DNA from: a virus
Taxonomy: Duplodnaviria > Caudoviricetes
Virus record (IMG/VR): IMGVR_UViG_3300023435_000009
Length of the DNA: 64,000 bases
Strand: one strand, 5' to 3'
Shown: positions 38,146-47,261 of the stretch, piece by piece
Numbering within the stretch: position 1 is the stretch's first letter
How the letters are laid out: each line of letters starts with the position of its first letter
Notes under the pieces: model-generated
Seen by the model: the letters and a program-made list of their open reading frames with translations, nothing else
What the model was told of the DNA's origin: nothing
Database searches by the model: none
Made by a program: the position numbers and the translations under genes

Positions 38146-39492
38146 GTGCTCATGAAAAAGATACTTGTCGCCGGAGGTGCCCGTTCCCTCGTGTACGGTA
38201 ATCTCTCCAGGAAGCTCGAAAAGAACGACCTCACGGTCGGGTGGTACATCTCGGATTTGGATGGTGACCCTTTCAGGGGAATCCCCTCGGACTGCGATGC
38301 AGTCCTGGTCATCCGAGATATCATCAGTCACAGCCTCTACCATGAGGTCAACAAGGCTGCGAAGGAGAAGCCCGTCCCCATTGCCGTCATCCCACGGAAG
38401 TGGAGCAAAGCCGAACCCCTCCTACGGATGCACGGGATACTACCCCCGGCCCGACAACCGTCGAAGGGGGTGCCCAAGGGGAGGGTTACGGAGACCGCCA
38501 AGGACTACGTCCACATGGAGATGCTCGGGGGCAGGGTTCCCAAAGCAGCCGAGGTCGAAGCCGCCGTGCAAACGGCCCTGGGACCGAAGGTCACCGTCTC
38601 TGCCAAATCCGTACATGGCATCATCTCCTGGGTGCGCCAGGGGCTGCCCGTGCAACCGGAGAAGATCGCAGAGGATCTCAAGCAGGGCCTCAAGGATGCC
38701 ACCGTCATGGTGGACCTTTTCGCAGAGGACAATCCCGCTGCAGCGCTGCGGGTGCCTGACCTGATGAAGGGTGCCTCTCTCCCTACCAAGGAGATGGCTG
38801 GAGACGAGATCGATCGTCTCCGTGCCCGTTGGCTCAAGGACAAGGCATGGCGACACAAATGCCAGGGGAACTGGCTGCGACGAGTCCTGATCAAGGTACA
38901 GGCCGAGGATCTCCCCTGGCCAAACCTCAAGCAGTTGTACGCACAATCCAGGGCGCTTTTCGGGTTGATGCTACCCCATACCCTTGCCGTGGATGTTCGG
39001 GCAGACGTGTTGGGGGAATGGGCACGACACCTGGACGCTAATAAGGCCAGTGCCTATCTGAAGCAGCACGCTCCCGAGTTGGACCTGATCACCCTCTGCA
39101 AAACGGGTCACGTCAAGCACCTTCACATTGGCACACGATACGTGACCTCGGTGATGGCCATCACCGAGTACCTGGATGAGACCAACCCTGAGCAAGTGGA
39201 GGCTCAGGGGACGGAGGAAGCTCCCACCTCTGCCCCGGCTCCCACCCCTGCCCCCAACGATGACCTGATGACCCTGGCATCCCTGGTGGAGGAGAAGCTG
39301 GCAGGGTTGATACGCCCCTTGATCGATGAGGTGATAGCCTTGAGGCACCGGGTCGAGGAGGTTGAGTCGGTCTCTCCCGAGGCACCTGTCACTCTGCCAC
39401 CCGAGTCCCCCGTTGCCGGGGTCCTGGATTTATTCAAACATATCCACGGGTTAGAAATCCGCTTCATAACGGACCCCAAAAAGGGGGGATGA
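38146..39492 (+). CDS. DUF2325-like N-terminal domain protein
   Basis: ILVAGG..IPSDCDAVLVIRDIISHSLYHEVNKAAKEKPVP resembles DUF2325. Confidence 0.55.
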   Translation: MLMKKILVAGGARSLVYGNLSRKLEKNDLTVGWYISDLDGDPFRGIPSDCDAVLVIRDIISHSLYHEVNKAAKEKPVPIAVIPRKWSKAEPLLRMHGILPPARQPSKGVPKGRVTETAKDYVHMEMLGGRVPKAAEVEAAVQTALGPKVTVSAKSVHGIISWVRQGLPVQPEKIAEDLKQGLKDATVMVDLFAEDNPAAALRVPDLMKGASLPTKEMAGDEIDRLRARWLKDKAWRHKCQGNWLRRVLIKVQAEDLPWPNLKQLYAQSRALFGLMLPHTLAVDVRADVLGEWARHLDANKASAYLKQHAPELDLITLCKTGHVKHLHIGTRYVTSVMAITEYLDETNPEQVEAQGTEEAPTSAPAPTPAPNDDLMTLASLVEEKLAGLIRPLIDEVIALRHRVEEVESVSPEAPVTLPPESPVAGVLDLFKHIHGLEIRFITDPKKGG

Positions 39493-39794
39493 TACCCCGT
39501 TACGAAGACCCAGGTGGGCACGGACATCCCGGCTGATGCCCCTTCAGATGTTTCCGGGGATGAGCGGGAGATGATTAGGATGAGAGGGGGAAGTCCCGCC
39601 TCTGCTACGAGTTTGCCCTCACCCAGCCCCAACTTGCCCACCTCAGATGAGAACCCCGGTTGAAGTTTGACCTCTGGTGACGCAGATTTCGGTTTCTCAC
39701 CCTGAAACTAGACAAGGGGGCAGAAAAGTTTTGAAAAGGCCCCAACTTATCAGACACATCCGGCGACCCCTTTAACGGGGGCTTTTGGGAGGAT

Positions 39795-40496
39795 TCAGAG
39801 AGTACGACGGTGCATGTCCAGGAACAGATCAGGTGGGGTGAGATTCTTGATCCGGGAGGCAATACTGTCAACGGCACTCGCCCTCGATTCAGGGGTTGCC
39901 CGGTCGTCCTCCCAGGGGATCTGATACACTGTGACGCCTTGTTGTTGGAGAACACTGATCATGTGGCTGATCTCCTGATCGAGATCCCGGAGGTACTCCA
40001 GGCTGATCCCGCTTTCACAATCCCGTCCCAGCTCAGTCCTCATCCGCTTGGCTATGCGCTCTTGGGCGACCTCTGGGGACACCAGGATGTGGAGGCACAC
40101 GGTCGGGAGAAGTACTGATGCTGTCATCCCGTGGTACAGGGTCTGATAGGTTTTGAACTCCCGGTCACTCATCATCCCATTCTTGAGTTGAAGCCTGGCG
40201 AAAGCTGTGTCGCCCTGGTAACTCCGATCCAGCACGGCGTGCCCGTGGCCCTGCATGGCGTGCCACTGGGCGTGAAGGTGCATCCGGTACCTCATCGCCA
40301 ACAGGTGAATTTGCATCGGGAAGGCCCAAGCCTTGGGATCCGAGTAGTAGTCCGCCAGGTAAGGATTGGCGTTGTCCTTCTCATCCGGCTCGATCAGGGT
40401 GAGGGTGCCCTCGCCCAGCGCCACACCCAGTTCTTGAGCCAGCGTGGTTTTTCCAGCGCTGATCAGTCCTTCAACTATCACGACCTTCTTTGCCAT
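39795..40496 (-). CDS. Deoxynucleoside kinase (dNK family)
   Basis: IVEGLISAGKTT, EP, DRSYQGD, ERIAKR. Confidence 0.9.
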   Translation of the reverse strand: MAKKVVIVEGLISAGKTTLAQELGVALGEGTLTLIEPDEKDNANPYLADYYSDPKAWAFPMQIHLLAMRYRMHLHAQWHAMQGHGHAVLDRSYQGDTAFARLQLKNGMMSDREFKTYQTLYHGMTASVLLPTVCLHILVSPEVAQERIAKRMRTELGRDCESGISLEYLRDLDQEISHMISVLQQQGVTVYQIPWEDDRATPESRASAVDSIASRIKNLTPPDLFLDMHRRTL

Positions 40497-41367
40497 TCGT
40501 ATCTCCCGTGTCTATGAGGATCATTTGGATGCTCTGGTTGAGTGTGACGTAGGGGTCGGCGTCGACCTTGAAGCCCCTGATCTCGATACAAACACGGCCT
40601 CCGAAGGCCAGGGACAAACGGGACCGGACGGTGAGGCCCTTGGCGTACTTCCGCACCTCTGTGACCACGTCGGGCGTGGAGACTACCTTGTTCCGCATGT
40701 CCTCCGAGGAGAAGAACACGGAACCAACGGACCCGTGCGGGTACACCACCGTCAGACCCATTTCTCGGGCAGCTCGACTGAGAAGATACCGGGCGATCCA
40801 GAGGTGGTCGGCAACCACCAGGGCGACAGGAGGCTCCGGGTCGATGTTTGTCGGCAAACTCCGGTACCCCACTTTGAAGTCCCAATGGCCGAGGATGTCA
40901 TCATGTTGGGCACTGTGGATCATGATCCCGGCGTCCACGCACATCGCCAGATGCCTTTCGGCAACGGTTTGGCAGCCCACCTTACTCTGAGGTTCCAGAC
41001 AGTAGGGCTGGCAAAGGCCCCACCAGAATCTGGAGTCCTCCGCAGCGGTGTGTTTCCTGAGGGCTGCTCGTTTGTTGTCGTCTGTTGGAACGTTCTGGGG
41101 ATCCCGAACCTCACACAGGGCGATGAAGCTGGGCTGTGGGCGTACCGGGTCCGGGAGGTAGTGGCAGACGGACAGGATGGTCTGCTCGTCTGAGGCGCTA
41201 CTTGAGGTAGTCCAGGGTTCCAGGATCGGAACGTCAGCCCCTTTCCCTGAGGCGACCGGGATCGTGCGGGTTTTGACCCTGGAGGTACCTTTTTCATCTA
41301 TCCAAACGTAATCGGCAACCCCGAGACGCTGGTCCTCCCTCCCGGTGATCACACGTAGTCCAGCCAT
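40471..41367 (-). CDS. Glutamine synthetase type II-like protein, catalytic residues degenerate
   Basis: DYVWID..RVKTRT..DPVR..LCEV..N.R..WWG..H..C..AGI..W.F.VG..D.LWIARYLL.R. The EQEY and NAEV metal ligands are replaced. Confidence 0.7.
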   Translation of the reverse strand: MAGLRVITGREDQRLGVADYVWIDEKGTSRVKTRTIPVASGKGADVPILEPWTTSSSASDEQTILSVCHYLPDPVRPQPSFIALCEVRDPQNVPTDDNKRAALRKHTAAEDSRFWWGLCQPYCLEPQSKVGCQTVAERHLAMCVDAGIMIHSAQHDDILGHWDFKVGYRSLPTNIDPEPPVALVVADHLWIARYLLSRAAREMGLTVVYPHGSVGSVFFSSEDMRNKVVSTPDVVTEVRKYAKGLTVRSRLSLAFGGRVCIEIRGFKVDADPYVTLNQSIQMILIDTGDTNGKEGRDS

Positions 41368-41395
41368 TGCGCCTCCTGGATCATCCTACCCCGTA

Positions 41396-42757
41396 CAGCT
41401 TACCTTGATAAGAAGGCTTGTGTTTTTTGTTTTTCTTTAGTAAACTGCAACCATGGGATTGAGAACTTAAGGTAGCGAAATGATTCGGTCTTCTGCTCAT
41501 AGCTTGCGGTTTGCAAACCCAGGTAAGGTGAGATTGGTAGGGGAACTTATCGGAGAGTATCGCCTTTTTGTCCAACGCATTCTAAACGACATATGGGAGA
41601 ATGGCTTTCCAACGTGGGACTTTTTCCCAAGCTCAAACAGACTGGATTTCAAAGGCAAGAGCCTTCTACCCACAAAGTACCTCAAGCAGTTCCCAACAGA
41701 GATATCAGCAAGGCTTCAACAAGCTGCTGGTAAACAAGCCGTTATGATGCTCAAGGCAGCCACGGAGAAACGACGGAAACAACTTTTCGTGCTGGCTAAC
41801 CTTCAGCGAGAAGGTAAGAAGTACCAGTACCTCCAGTCAAGGGTTGACCGGCAACCTCTTGTGAAACCGGACGCTTCAGGAATCAATCTGGAACTAGATT
41901 CTCGTTTTGTGGGTTTCCAAGAGACAGACATCTTTTTGTTTGTTCAACTCTCATCCCTTGGAATCCCACACATTAGAATTCCTATCAAAAAGACCCGTTG
42001 CTCTAACAAGTGGCAGACTAGGGGACTCCTGAAAGTATGTGTTAGGATCTCTGAGGACACACTACATCTAATTTACGAAGTGCCAAACAAAAGCGCCTCA
42101 GGAAGTCAGATAGTTGGTGCAGACCAAGGTATCACAACTGCGTTGACTCTCTCAAATGGAGAAGCAACCAAACGTTGTCCTCATGGGCATACCCTCCAAA
42201 CGATCCAAGCAAAACTTGCTCGTAAGCAAAAGGGGTCGAATGGTTTTCGTCGTACCCAAGAGCATCGCAAGAACTACATCCATTGGTCCTTGAATCAACT
42301 CAACTTCAAGGACGTGAAAGAAGTTCGTTTTGAGAAAATCAAGCATCTCCGCTTATCAAAGCGGAGTTCACGCTATATGTCACATTGGCGCTATACTTTG
42401 ATCAAAGACAAACTTGTTCGTCTCTCTGAGGAGGAAGGTTTCCTTTTTCGGGAGGTTGCGAACGAGTTTAGGTCTCAGAGGTGTAGCGAGTGTGGCTGGG
42501 TCCGTAAGAGTAACAGGAAAGGTAAGACGTTCAAATGTGGCAAATGTGGCTTTACCATAGATGCTGATTTGAATGCGGCTTCCAACTTGAAGCTCGATCT
42601 CTTTGAGATCCAATGGTGGGTACGGCTAAGTCAAATAAATCGTAAAGGGTTCTTTTGGACTTCTGATGGTTTGTTTGACGAAGGGCGGGAGTCTATAGTC
42701 CCCGCCACCATAAAAGACAATGAAAGTAAGAAATTGCTACAACATTGTTGACTATCA
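41396..42757 (+). mobile_element. IS200/IS605-family TnpB-only element (ends approximate to within about 3 nt)
   Basis: AT-rich block. Removing it rejoins TGGATCATC-N13-GAGTAG. Confidence 0.7.
41480..42751 (+). CDS. tnpB: TnpB RNA-guided nuclease
   Basis: IVGADQG, RFEKI, SQRCSECG..CGKCG, DADLNAASN. Confidence 0.92.
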   Translation: MIRSSAHSLRFANPGKVRLVGELIGEYRLFVQRILNDIWENGFPTWDFFPSSNRLDFKGKSLLPTKYLKQFPTEISARLQQAAGKQAVMMLKAATEKRRKQLFVLANLQREGKKYQYLQSRVDRQPLVKPDASGINLELDSRFVGFQETDIFLFVQLSSLGIPHIRIPIKKTRCSNKWQTRGLLKVCVRISEDTLHLIYEVPNKSASGSQIVGADQGITTALTLSNGEATKRCPHGHTLQTIQAKLARKQKGSNGFRRTQEHRKNYIHWSLNQLNFKDVKEVRFEKIKHLRLSKRSSRYMSHWRYTLIKDKLVRLSEEEGFLFREVANEFRSQRCSECGWVRKSNRKGKTFKCGKCGFTIDADLNAASNLKLDLFEIQWWVRLSQINRKGFFWTSDGLFDEGRESIVPATIKDNESKKLLQHC

Positions 42758-42783
42758 GAGTAGATGGTGCAAGGGAGGTGTGA

Positions 42784-43008
42784 ATGAAACGCCCCGACAT
42801 CCATTTAGATCGTGTTTACGGGATCATCCATCAGTGGCGTGTTTGTATTGAGGCGGCGCTTCTGGGGAACACGAAACCACTTGAAGCCGAGTTGCAGGCG
42901 CTTCACGACGGGGGCATCCCTTCAGGCTGTCACGCCCTTACCGCTGCGGACAAGGGCCGTCAGTATCGGTTCCGTGAGGAGAAACCGGACTGGGTAGAGG
43001 AGAAGTAA
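42784..43008 (+). CDS. Hypothetical protein
   Basis: GGGAGG RBS. Confidence 0.55.
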   Translation: MKRPDIHLDRVYGIIHQWRVCIEAALLGNTKPLEAELQALHDGGIPSGCHALTAADKGRQYRFREEKPDWVEEK

Positions 43009-43009
43009 C

Positions 43010-43393
43010 GTGGTTAAACTTTGGCCCCTTCCGTGGCGTTGTCCTCATTGCGGGGGCACCCACTGCGACGTACACCCGACCTCTACCGTCGCCCTCACGC
43101 TGTACGTCAACACCGGGGACATGACGTCCACGACGAGCTATACCGCACACGGGAGCACCCTGACGTGCGGGGCAACCATCACCATCTCCAGCACGAGTAG
43201 CGGTAGCACCCATTACGAGATAGGCGACCCCGTTTCCGAGGTTGACGCACCAGCCCGTCGCAAACTCGTTTATCCTCATCCTCGGGGAAGCCCCCGCCCG
43301 ACGTTGAAACCGCCGCCACGGACCGTTCAGCGGCGTCAGAGAGGACGTTACAACGCACGTCACTGTCCGACCCGACACTTCCATCGAACCTAA
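43010..43393 (+). CDS. Hypothetical protein, possible zinc ribbon
   Basis: CPHCGGTHC; weak support. Confidence 0.35.
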   Translation: MVKLWPLPWRCPHCGGTHCDVHPTSTVALTLYVNTGDMTSTTSYTAHGSTLTCGATITISSTSSGSTHYEIGDPVSEVDAPARRKLVYPHPRGSPRPTLKPPPRTVQRRQRGRYNARHCPTRHFHRT

Positions 43394-43399
43394 ATCTGT

Positions 43400-43427
43400 G
43401 GGATCATCTCCCCGACCCGCAGAGTAG
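43400..43427 (+). promoter_or_regulatory. Bipartite motif GGGATCATC-N13-GAGTAG
   Basis: Exact spacing, upstream of 43463. Confidence 0.7.
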
Positions 43428-43462
43428 GGTAAGTGAGGAGCAAATGACCCCTGGAGGAAACA

Positions 43463-43690
43463 ATGCTCATCCGAGACGCTATCTGGGCAATCAGGGAAGA
43501 CCCCACCAAGTGGGTTCGCCCCGTTGAGTGGCGGGCCAAGTTTTCAGCCATCCGGTGTATCGAGGGTGGGTTGCGACGGTACAATTCTCCCGTAGGACAC
43601 GAAATCTGCGCCCTCTCCGAGGTCCGCTACATTACTGGAGAGTGGGAGATCCTCACCGAAGTTCAGGTCGCTGAGATGCTGGAGCACTGA
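43463..43690 (+). CDS. Hypothetical protein
   Basis: GGAGG RBS; coupled to the downstream gene. Confidence 0.6.
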   Translation: MLIRDAIWAIREDPTKWVRPVEWRAKFSAIRCIEGGLRRYNSPVGHEICALSEVRYITGEWEILTEVQVAEMLEH

Positions 43691-44601
43691 TGGATAAACC
43701 AGGACTCATGGTGGCCCTAGCTATCGGGGATGCTTACGGTGCCGGTTTTGAATTTGCCCCACCTGAGATGGTCGCCAAGACCAACACGGTGCAGGGTTAT
43801 CGCCCGCACCCCAAGGGCGGGATCAAGCCGGGACGGTACACCGACGATACTCAGTTGAGTTGCGGGGTGGCCGAGTTCATGCTCTCGGATGATCCCTGGA
43901 CGACCGTGTACCTCGCTCGTCGCCTTCTCATCGCTTTCAAGCGTGACCCCCGACCGGGATACGCTTCGGGCTTCTACAACGTCCTGCTGGAGTGTCAGAA
44001 TGGCACGGAGTTGGTACAAAAACTGACCCCTCAGAGCGACAGGTCAGGAGGTGCAATGCGGGCTGGTCCTTGTGGGCTGTACCCAACCGTGTGGGAAGCG
44101 ATGAATTTGGCCGTGTGGCAGGCCAGCATAACCCATGCAACGGTAGATGGAATGAATGCAGCCGCTGCCGCTGCGGCCCTGGTGTTTGCTTGCCGTGAGG
44201 GTCATGACCAGAAAGATCTCCCCCACTACCTGAACGATGTGGTGCCGGGGTACTCCTGGGCGACACCCTGGGAGGGGCCAGTCTCCAACAGGGGAATCCC
44301 GGTGCTCCGTGCGGTGGTCACGGCGCTCGCCGGTCACAAGACGATGAAGGGGATCCTCAAGGCCAGCGTCGCCTTCACCGGGGACACCGACACGGTCGCC
44401 GCCCTGGCAATGGGCGCAGCGGCGATGCACCCGGACATCCCCTGCGATCTGCCCGACGTGTTGTGGGACAAGCTGGAGAACGGTCCCTACGGGCGGGACT
44501 ACCTGCGAAAGCTGGACGCACAACTTCTCCAGTCCTTTCATGTGGTTCCACCCGTGCCCGAGGAAGACCCACCGGATGAGGAGGGTTTGTTTTATGCCTA
44601 G
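43690..44601 (+). CDS. ADP-ribosylglycohydrolase (ARH/DraG family)
   Basis: AIGDAYG..EF, YTDDTQ, GGAMR, GDTDTVAA. Confidence 0.93.
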   Translation: MDKPGLMVALAIGDAYGAGFEFAPPEMVAKTNTVQGYRPHPKGGIKPGRYTDDTQLSCGVAEFMLSDDPWTTVYLARRLLIAFKRDPRPGYASGFYNVLLECQNGTELVQKLTPQSDRSGGAMRAGPCGLYPTVWEAMNLAVWQASITHATVDGMNAAAAAAALVFACREGHDQKDLPHYLNDVVPGYSWATPWEGPVSNRGIPVLRAVVTALAGHKTMKGILKASVAFTGDTDTVAALAMGAAAMHPDIPCDLPDVLWDKLENGPYGRDYLRKLDAQLLQSFHVVPPVPEEDPPDEEGLFYA

Positions 44602-44899
44602 TCCATTAGACCTTCGCCGTTTGGCTGTTCAGATCGACAACCTGATGCGAACCAGCACCCACGGGTGGCACCCCGGCGATGAGATGGAGTTCAGACGTAA
44701 ACTGAGGCCCTTGGAAACCCTGAAGGAGAGCCTTCCAGAGTCCCACCGGGGTTCCCCCGAGGGGGCTAGTCTCACGATGCAGGAGTACCGGGTGGCTCTG
44801 CGAACGATCCAGGATCTAGAGGGTCTCGTTCGTGACAATGATCCTCGCAACCCGAAACGGATGATACGGGATAGGGCTCGGGGCCGATGGGTCCGGTGA
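44594..44899 (+). CDS. Hypothetical protein
   Basis: Coupled ORF. Confidence 0.5.
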   Translation: MPSPLDLRRLAVQIDNLMRTSTHGWHPGDEMEFRRKLRPLETLKESLPESHRGSPEGASLTMQEYRVALRTIQDLEGLVRDNDPRNPKRMIRDRARGRWVR

Positions 44900-45198
44900 C
44901 ACCCAAAGCTCGCTACAACATCCCTGGCAGAGGGAACTTCTCCAGCTATGAGTTGGCACTGCATGAGGGGAAGCGGGGCCTCTGGGTCACAGAGGCCGGT
45001 GAACGCATTTTCTTGGATGGTGTGTTGATAGTTTCACGCTCCAGGAAAAGCTCCCACACGGGGGGTGTTCCGGCCACCTGTCCCTATTGTGGCCGCACAA
45101 CCTCGACCTATCCCAATGGACGTTTTCGCCGTCATGTTGTTGAACCAGGAGTACCCTGTCCCGGTTCGGGGCGATTCCCTGCGGATCTCCCCCGTTAG
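44887..45198 (+). CDS. Hypothetical protein with C-terminal zinc ribbon
   Basis: CPYCG..FRRH..CPGSG. Confidence 0.55.
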   Translation: MGPVTPKARYNIPGRGNFSSYELALHEGKRGLWVTEAGERIFLDGVLIVSRSRKSSHTGGVPATCPYCGRTTSTYPNGRFRRHVVEPGVPCPGSGRFPADLPR

Positions 45199-45253
45199 CC
45201 TCCCTATACAGTAGCCTTGTCGACCAGGGGTTGCCCCAGGGTGGAGGCTCAAC

Positions 45254-45700
45254 ATGAGGAGAGGAACGGAAGAGAAGGTGCCCGGCGGACTGGCTGTCGG
45301 CAAAAAGCCCTCCGATTTCAACCCCAAGCAATTGGGGAAGGGTCGGAAGGTGGAAATGGAACACACCACCGACCCCGACCTCGCTCGTGAAATTGCAATG
45401 GATCACCTCACCGAAGACCCCGACTATTACAAAAAGTTGGAAGTTATGGAAAGTCAGAAAAATGCAGCCCACAGAATCGCCACCCGGTATTTCCAAGAGC
45501 GCAGAGCAGCCGAGTCTGCGAAGCAAGCCTTCGCCAAACGGACTCGTGAAGTCAACACGATGTGGGCGAAGATTGAGCGCCGTATGAAGAAGAACGCCCA
45601 GGAGTTCAAAACCCAGGGAGAGACCGACTGGGGCTACGTCGGTGACCTCGGGTATATCATCGAGCAACTGGGGCATGTGATGGAAGGGTGGGATGAGTAG
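45254..45700 (+). CDS. DUF5661-like phage protein
   Basis: LGKGRKVEMEHT.D..AREIAMDHL.EDPDYYKKL. Confidence 0.65.
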   Translation: MRRGTEEKVPGGLAVGKKPSDFNPKQLGKGRKVEMEHTTDPDLAREIAMDHLTEDPDYYKKLEVMESQKNAAHRIATRYFQERRAAESAKQAFAKRTREVNTMWAKIERRMKKNAQEFKTQGETDWGYVGDLGYIIEQLGHVMEGWDE

Positions 45701-46514
45701 GCGGAACAACACGATTGGCGAGGTCTACGACGTCGCCAAGGCCATGCTCCTGAAAGGGCAGTCCCCCGATGGTAAGCCGTGGAACGGGGGCGCTCCCCGG
45801 ATTGGGATGAGCTACGTCAATCCCGCCGTGCGACCACCCAAGGAAACGGTTCACCCGAAGGATGGCAGTGTCACCTTCAGGACGACGTGGGTGTACGGGT
45901 ACAACCGCTTCAGTGACGGCTACTACTGCGACGACTTTCGACTGATCCAACGCTTCCGAACAGCCCACCCTGCGTATGACACCACGTTGGAGTCGGCTTT
46001 CTACGACATTGCCGAATCTCGGCAAGCGAAATTGACTCAGGAGATAAAAAAGTTCTTTCAGACCCAAACTTGGAAGCCTTTTAGTGATCTGAAGGGGGTC
46101 CATGGGTCCGCAGAATGGGAAACCCCAACGTTAGTTAGCTTCCAGGGCATTGACTTCGAGACCCCTCCTGGTGGTATTCTGTCGATCCGGGACAAGCTCA
46201 AGCTCAAGGTCGTCGTCGGGGCCACCATCAATGCAGTGCCCTTGGATGCTGTGACGGACAGGCCCTTCTCCAATATGTCGGACAGGGAACTGAACGAATG
46301 GGTCGCCTTCTATGAGGGCCAGGCTCCCGAGAACTTCTGGATGGACGGAGAGCTTCGGATGAGCCGCCTGGCTGTTTATGCAATGTACCGGAAACGGTGG
46401 CGTGCGATGAGCCCTCGTGCTCAGACCGAGTTGCTGAAGTCTTTCCAGCGGAACAAGAGGGCTTCAGGAACCACGAAGCTGGCGCAACGATACTTTCAGG
46501 CCCTAGAGGACTAA
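45693..46514 (+). CDS. Hypothetical protein (IAxRY-motif group)
   Basis: Ends KRASGTTKLAQRYFQ. Confidence 0.65.
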   Translation: MSRRNNTIGEVYDVAKAMLLKGQSPDGKPWNGGAPRIGMSYVNPAVRPPKETVHPKDGSVTFRTTWVYGYNRFSDGYYCDDFRLIQRFRTAHPAYDTTLESAFYDIAESRQAKLTQEIKKFFQTQTWKPFSDLKGVHGSAEWETPTLVSFQGIDFETPPGGILSIRDKLKLKVVVGATINAVPLDAVTDRPFSNMSDRELNEWVAFYEGQAPENFWMDGELRMSRLAVYAMYRKRWRAMSPRAQTELLKSFQRNKRASGTTKLAQRYFQALED

Positions 46515-46517
46515 CCG

Positions 46518-47261
46518 ATGGATAGGCAAGCATCTGCGAGTAAACTGGGATCTTTGCTGGGTTTTCTAAAGGCCCTCTACCAGCAGCACCAGTCAGCGCA
46601 CTGGCAGGTGGTTGCTGACTATGGGGACCATCTCCTGTTCGAGCGGTTGTACGAGAACCTTCCTGACGAGATCGATACGCTGGCTGAGAAGATTGTAGCT
46701 TCCTACGGGGGCAGCCCCGTTGACGCCATTAAGGTGACCGAAGCCGAACTGAAGTACCTCAAGAAGTGGGCGAAGGAAAAGGGTCCGGTCACACGGTCCC
46801 TGAAGGCGGAGCAGGAGTTTCAGAAGTTCCTGGACACGACCCTTCAGTCTTTGGCCACGGGTGCTCTGACCACCGGGATGGAGAGTTTCCTGGGTGATTT
46901 GGCTGACAAGCACGAAACAGCGATCTACCTCCTCAAGCAACGCATGGCCCCCACCGCAGCGGGTCGCCTGGCATCACGTTACCTGGAGGCTGTCAGGGGC
47001 ACACTGGAGGAAAGACGGCAAGCGGTCAAAGACCACGTTCGGAAGGACCGGACATGGTTCGAGTTTGAAGATGACGTTCACAACACTATCATTTTCACCA
47101 CCCGAGATCATGGGGATGTGGCCGATGGAGAACCAGGGGGACGAGATCTTCGGGAGGCCCGCAGTCTCTACCGGGCGTTGCATCTGGCCTTCAACCACGT
47201 AATCAAAGGTGAAGTAGATGTGGTTGACGAGTGGGTCAGTCTCATCGTGACCATTAAATGA
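46518..47261 (+). CDS. Dps/ferritin-like domain protein with extra C-terminal domain
   Basis: HQSAHWQV..DHLLFERLY..EIDTLAEK..DKHE; RLASRY linker. Confidence 0.7.
   Translation: MDRQASASKLGSLLGFLKALYQQHQSAHWQVVADYGDHLLFERLYENLPDEIDTLAEKIVASYGGSPVDAIKVTEAELKYLKKWAKEKGPVTRSLKAEQEFQKFLDTTLQSLATGALTTGMESFLGDLADKHETAIYLLKQRMAPTAAGRLASRYLEAVRGTLEERRQAVKDHVRKDRTWFEFEDDVHNTIIFTTRDHGDVADGEPGGRDLREARSLYRALHLAFNHVIKGEVDVVDEWVSLIVTIK

Noticed and set aside
39493-39794. About 300-bp non-coding gap between convergent genes as a tRNA or ncRNA
   Set aside because: I could not find a cloverleaf, T-loop consensus or other recognisable structure. A covariance-model search would be needed.
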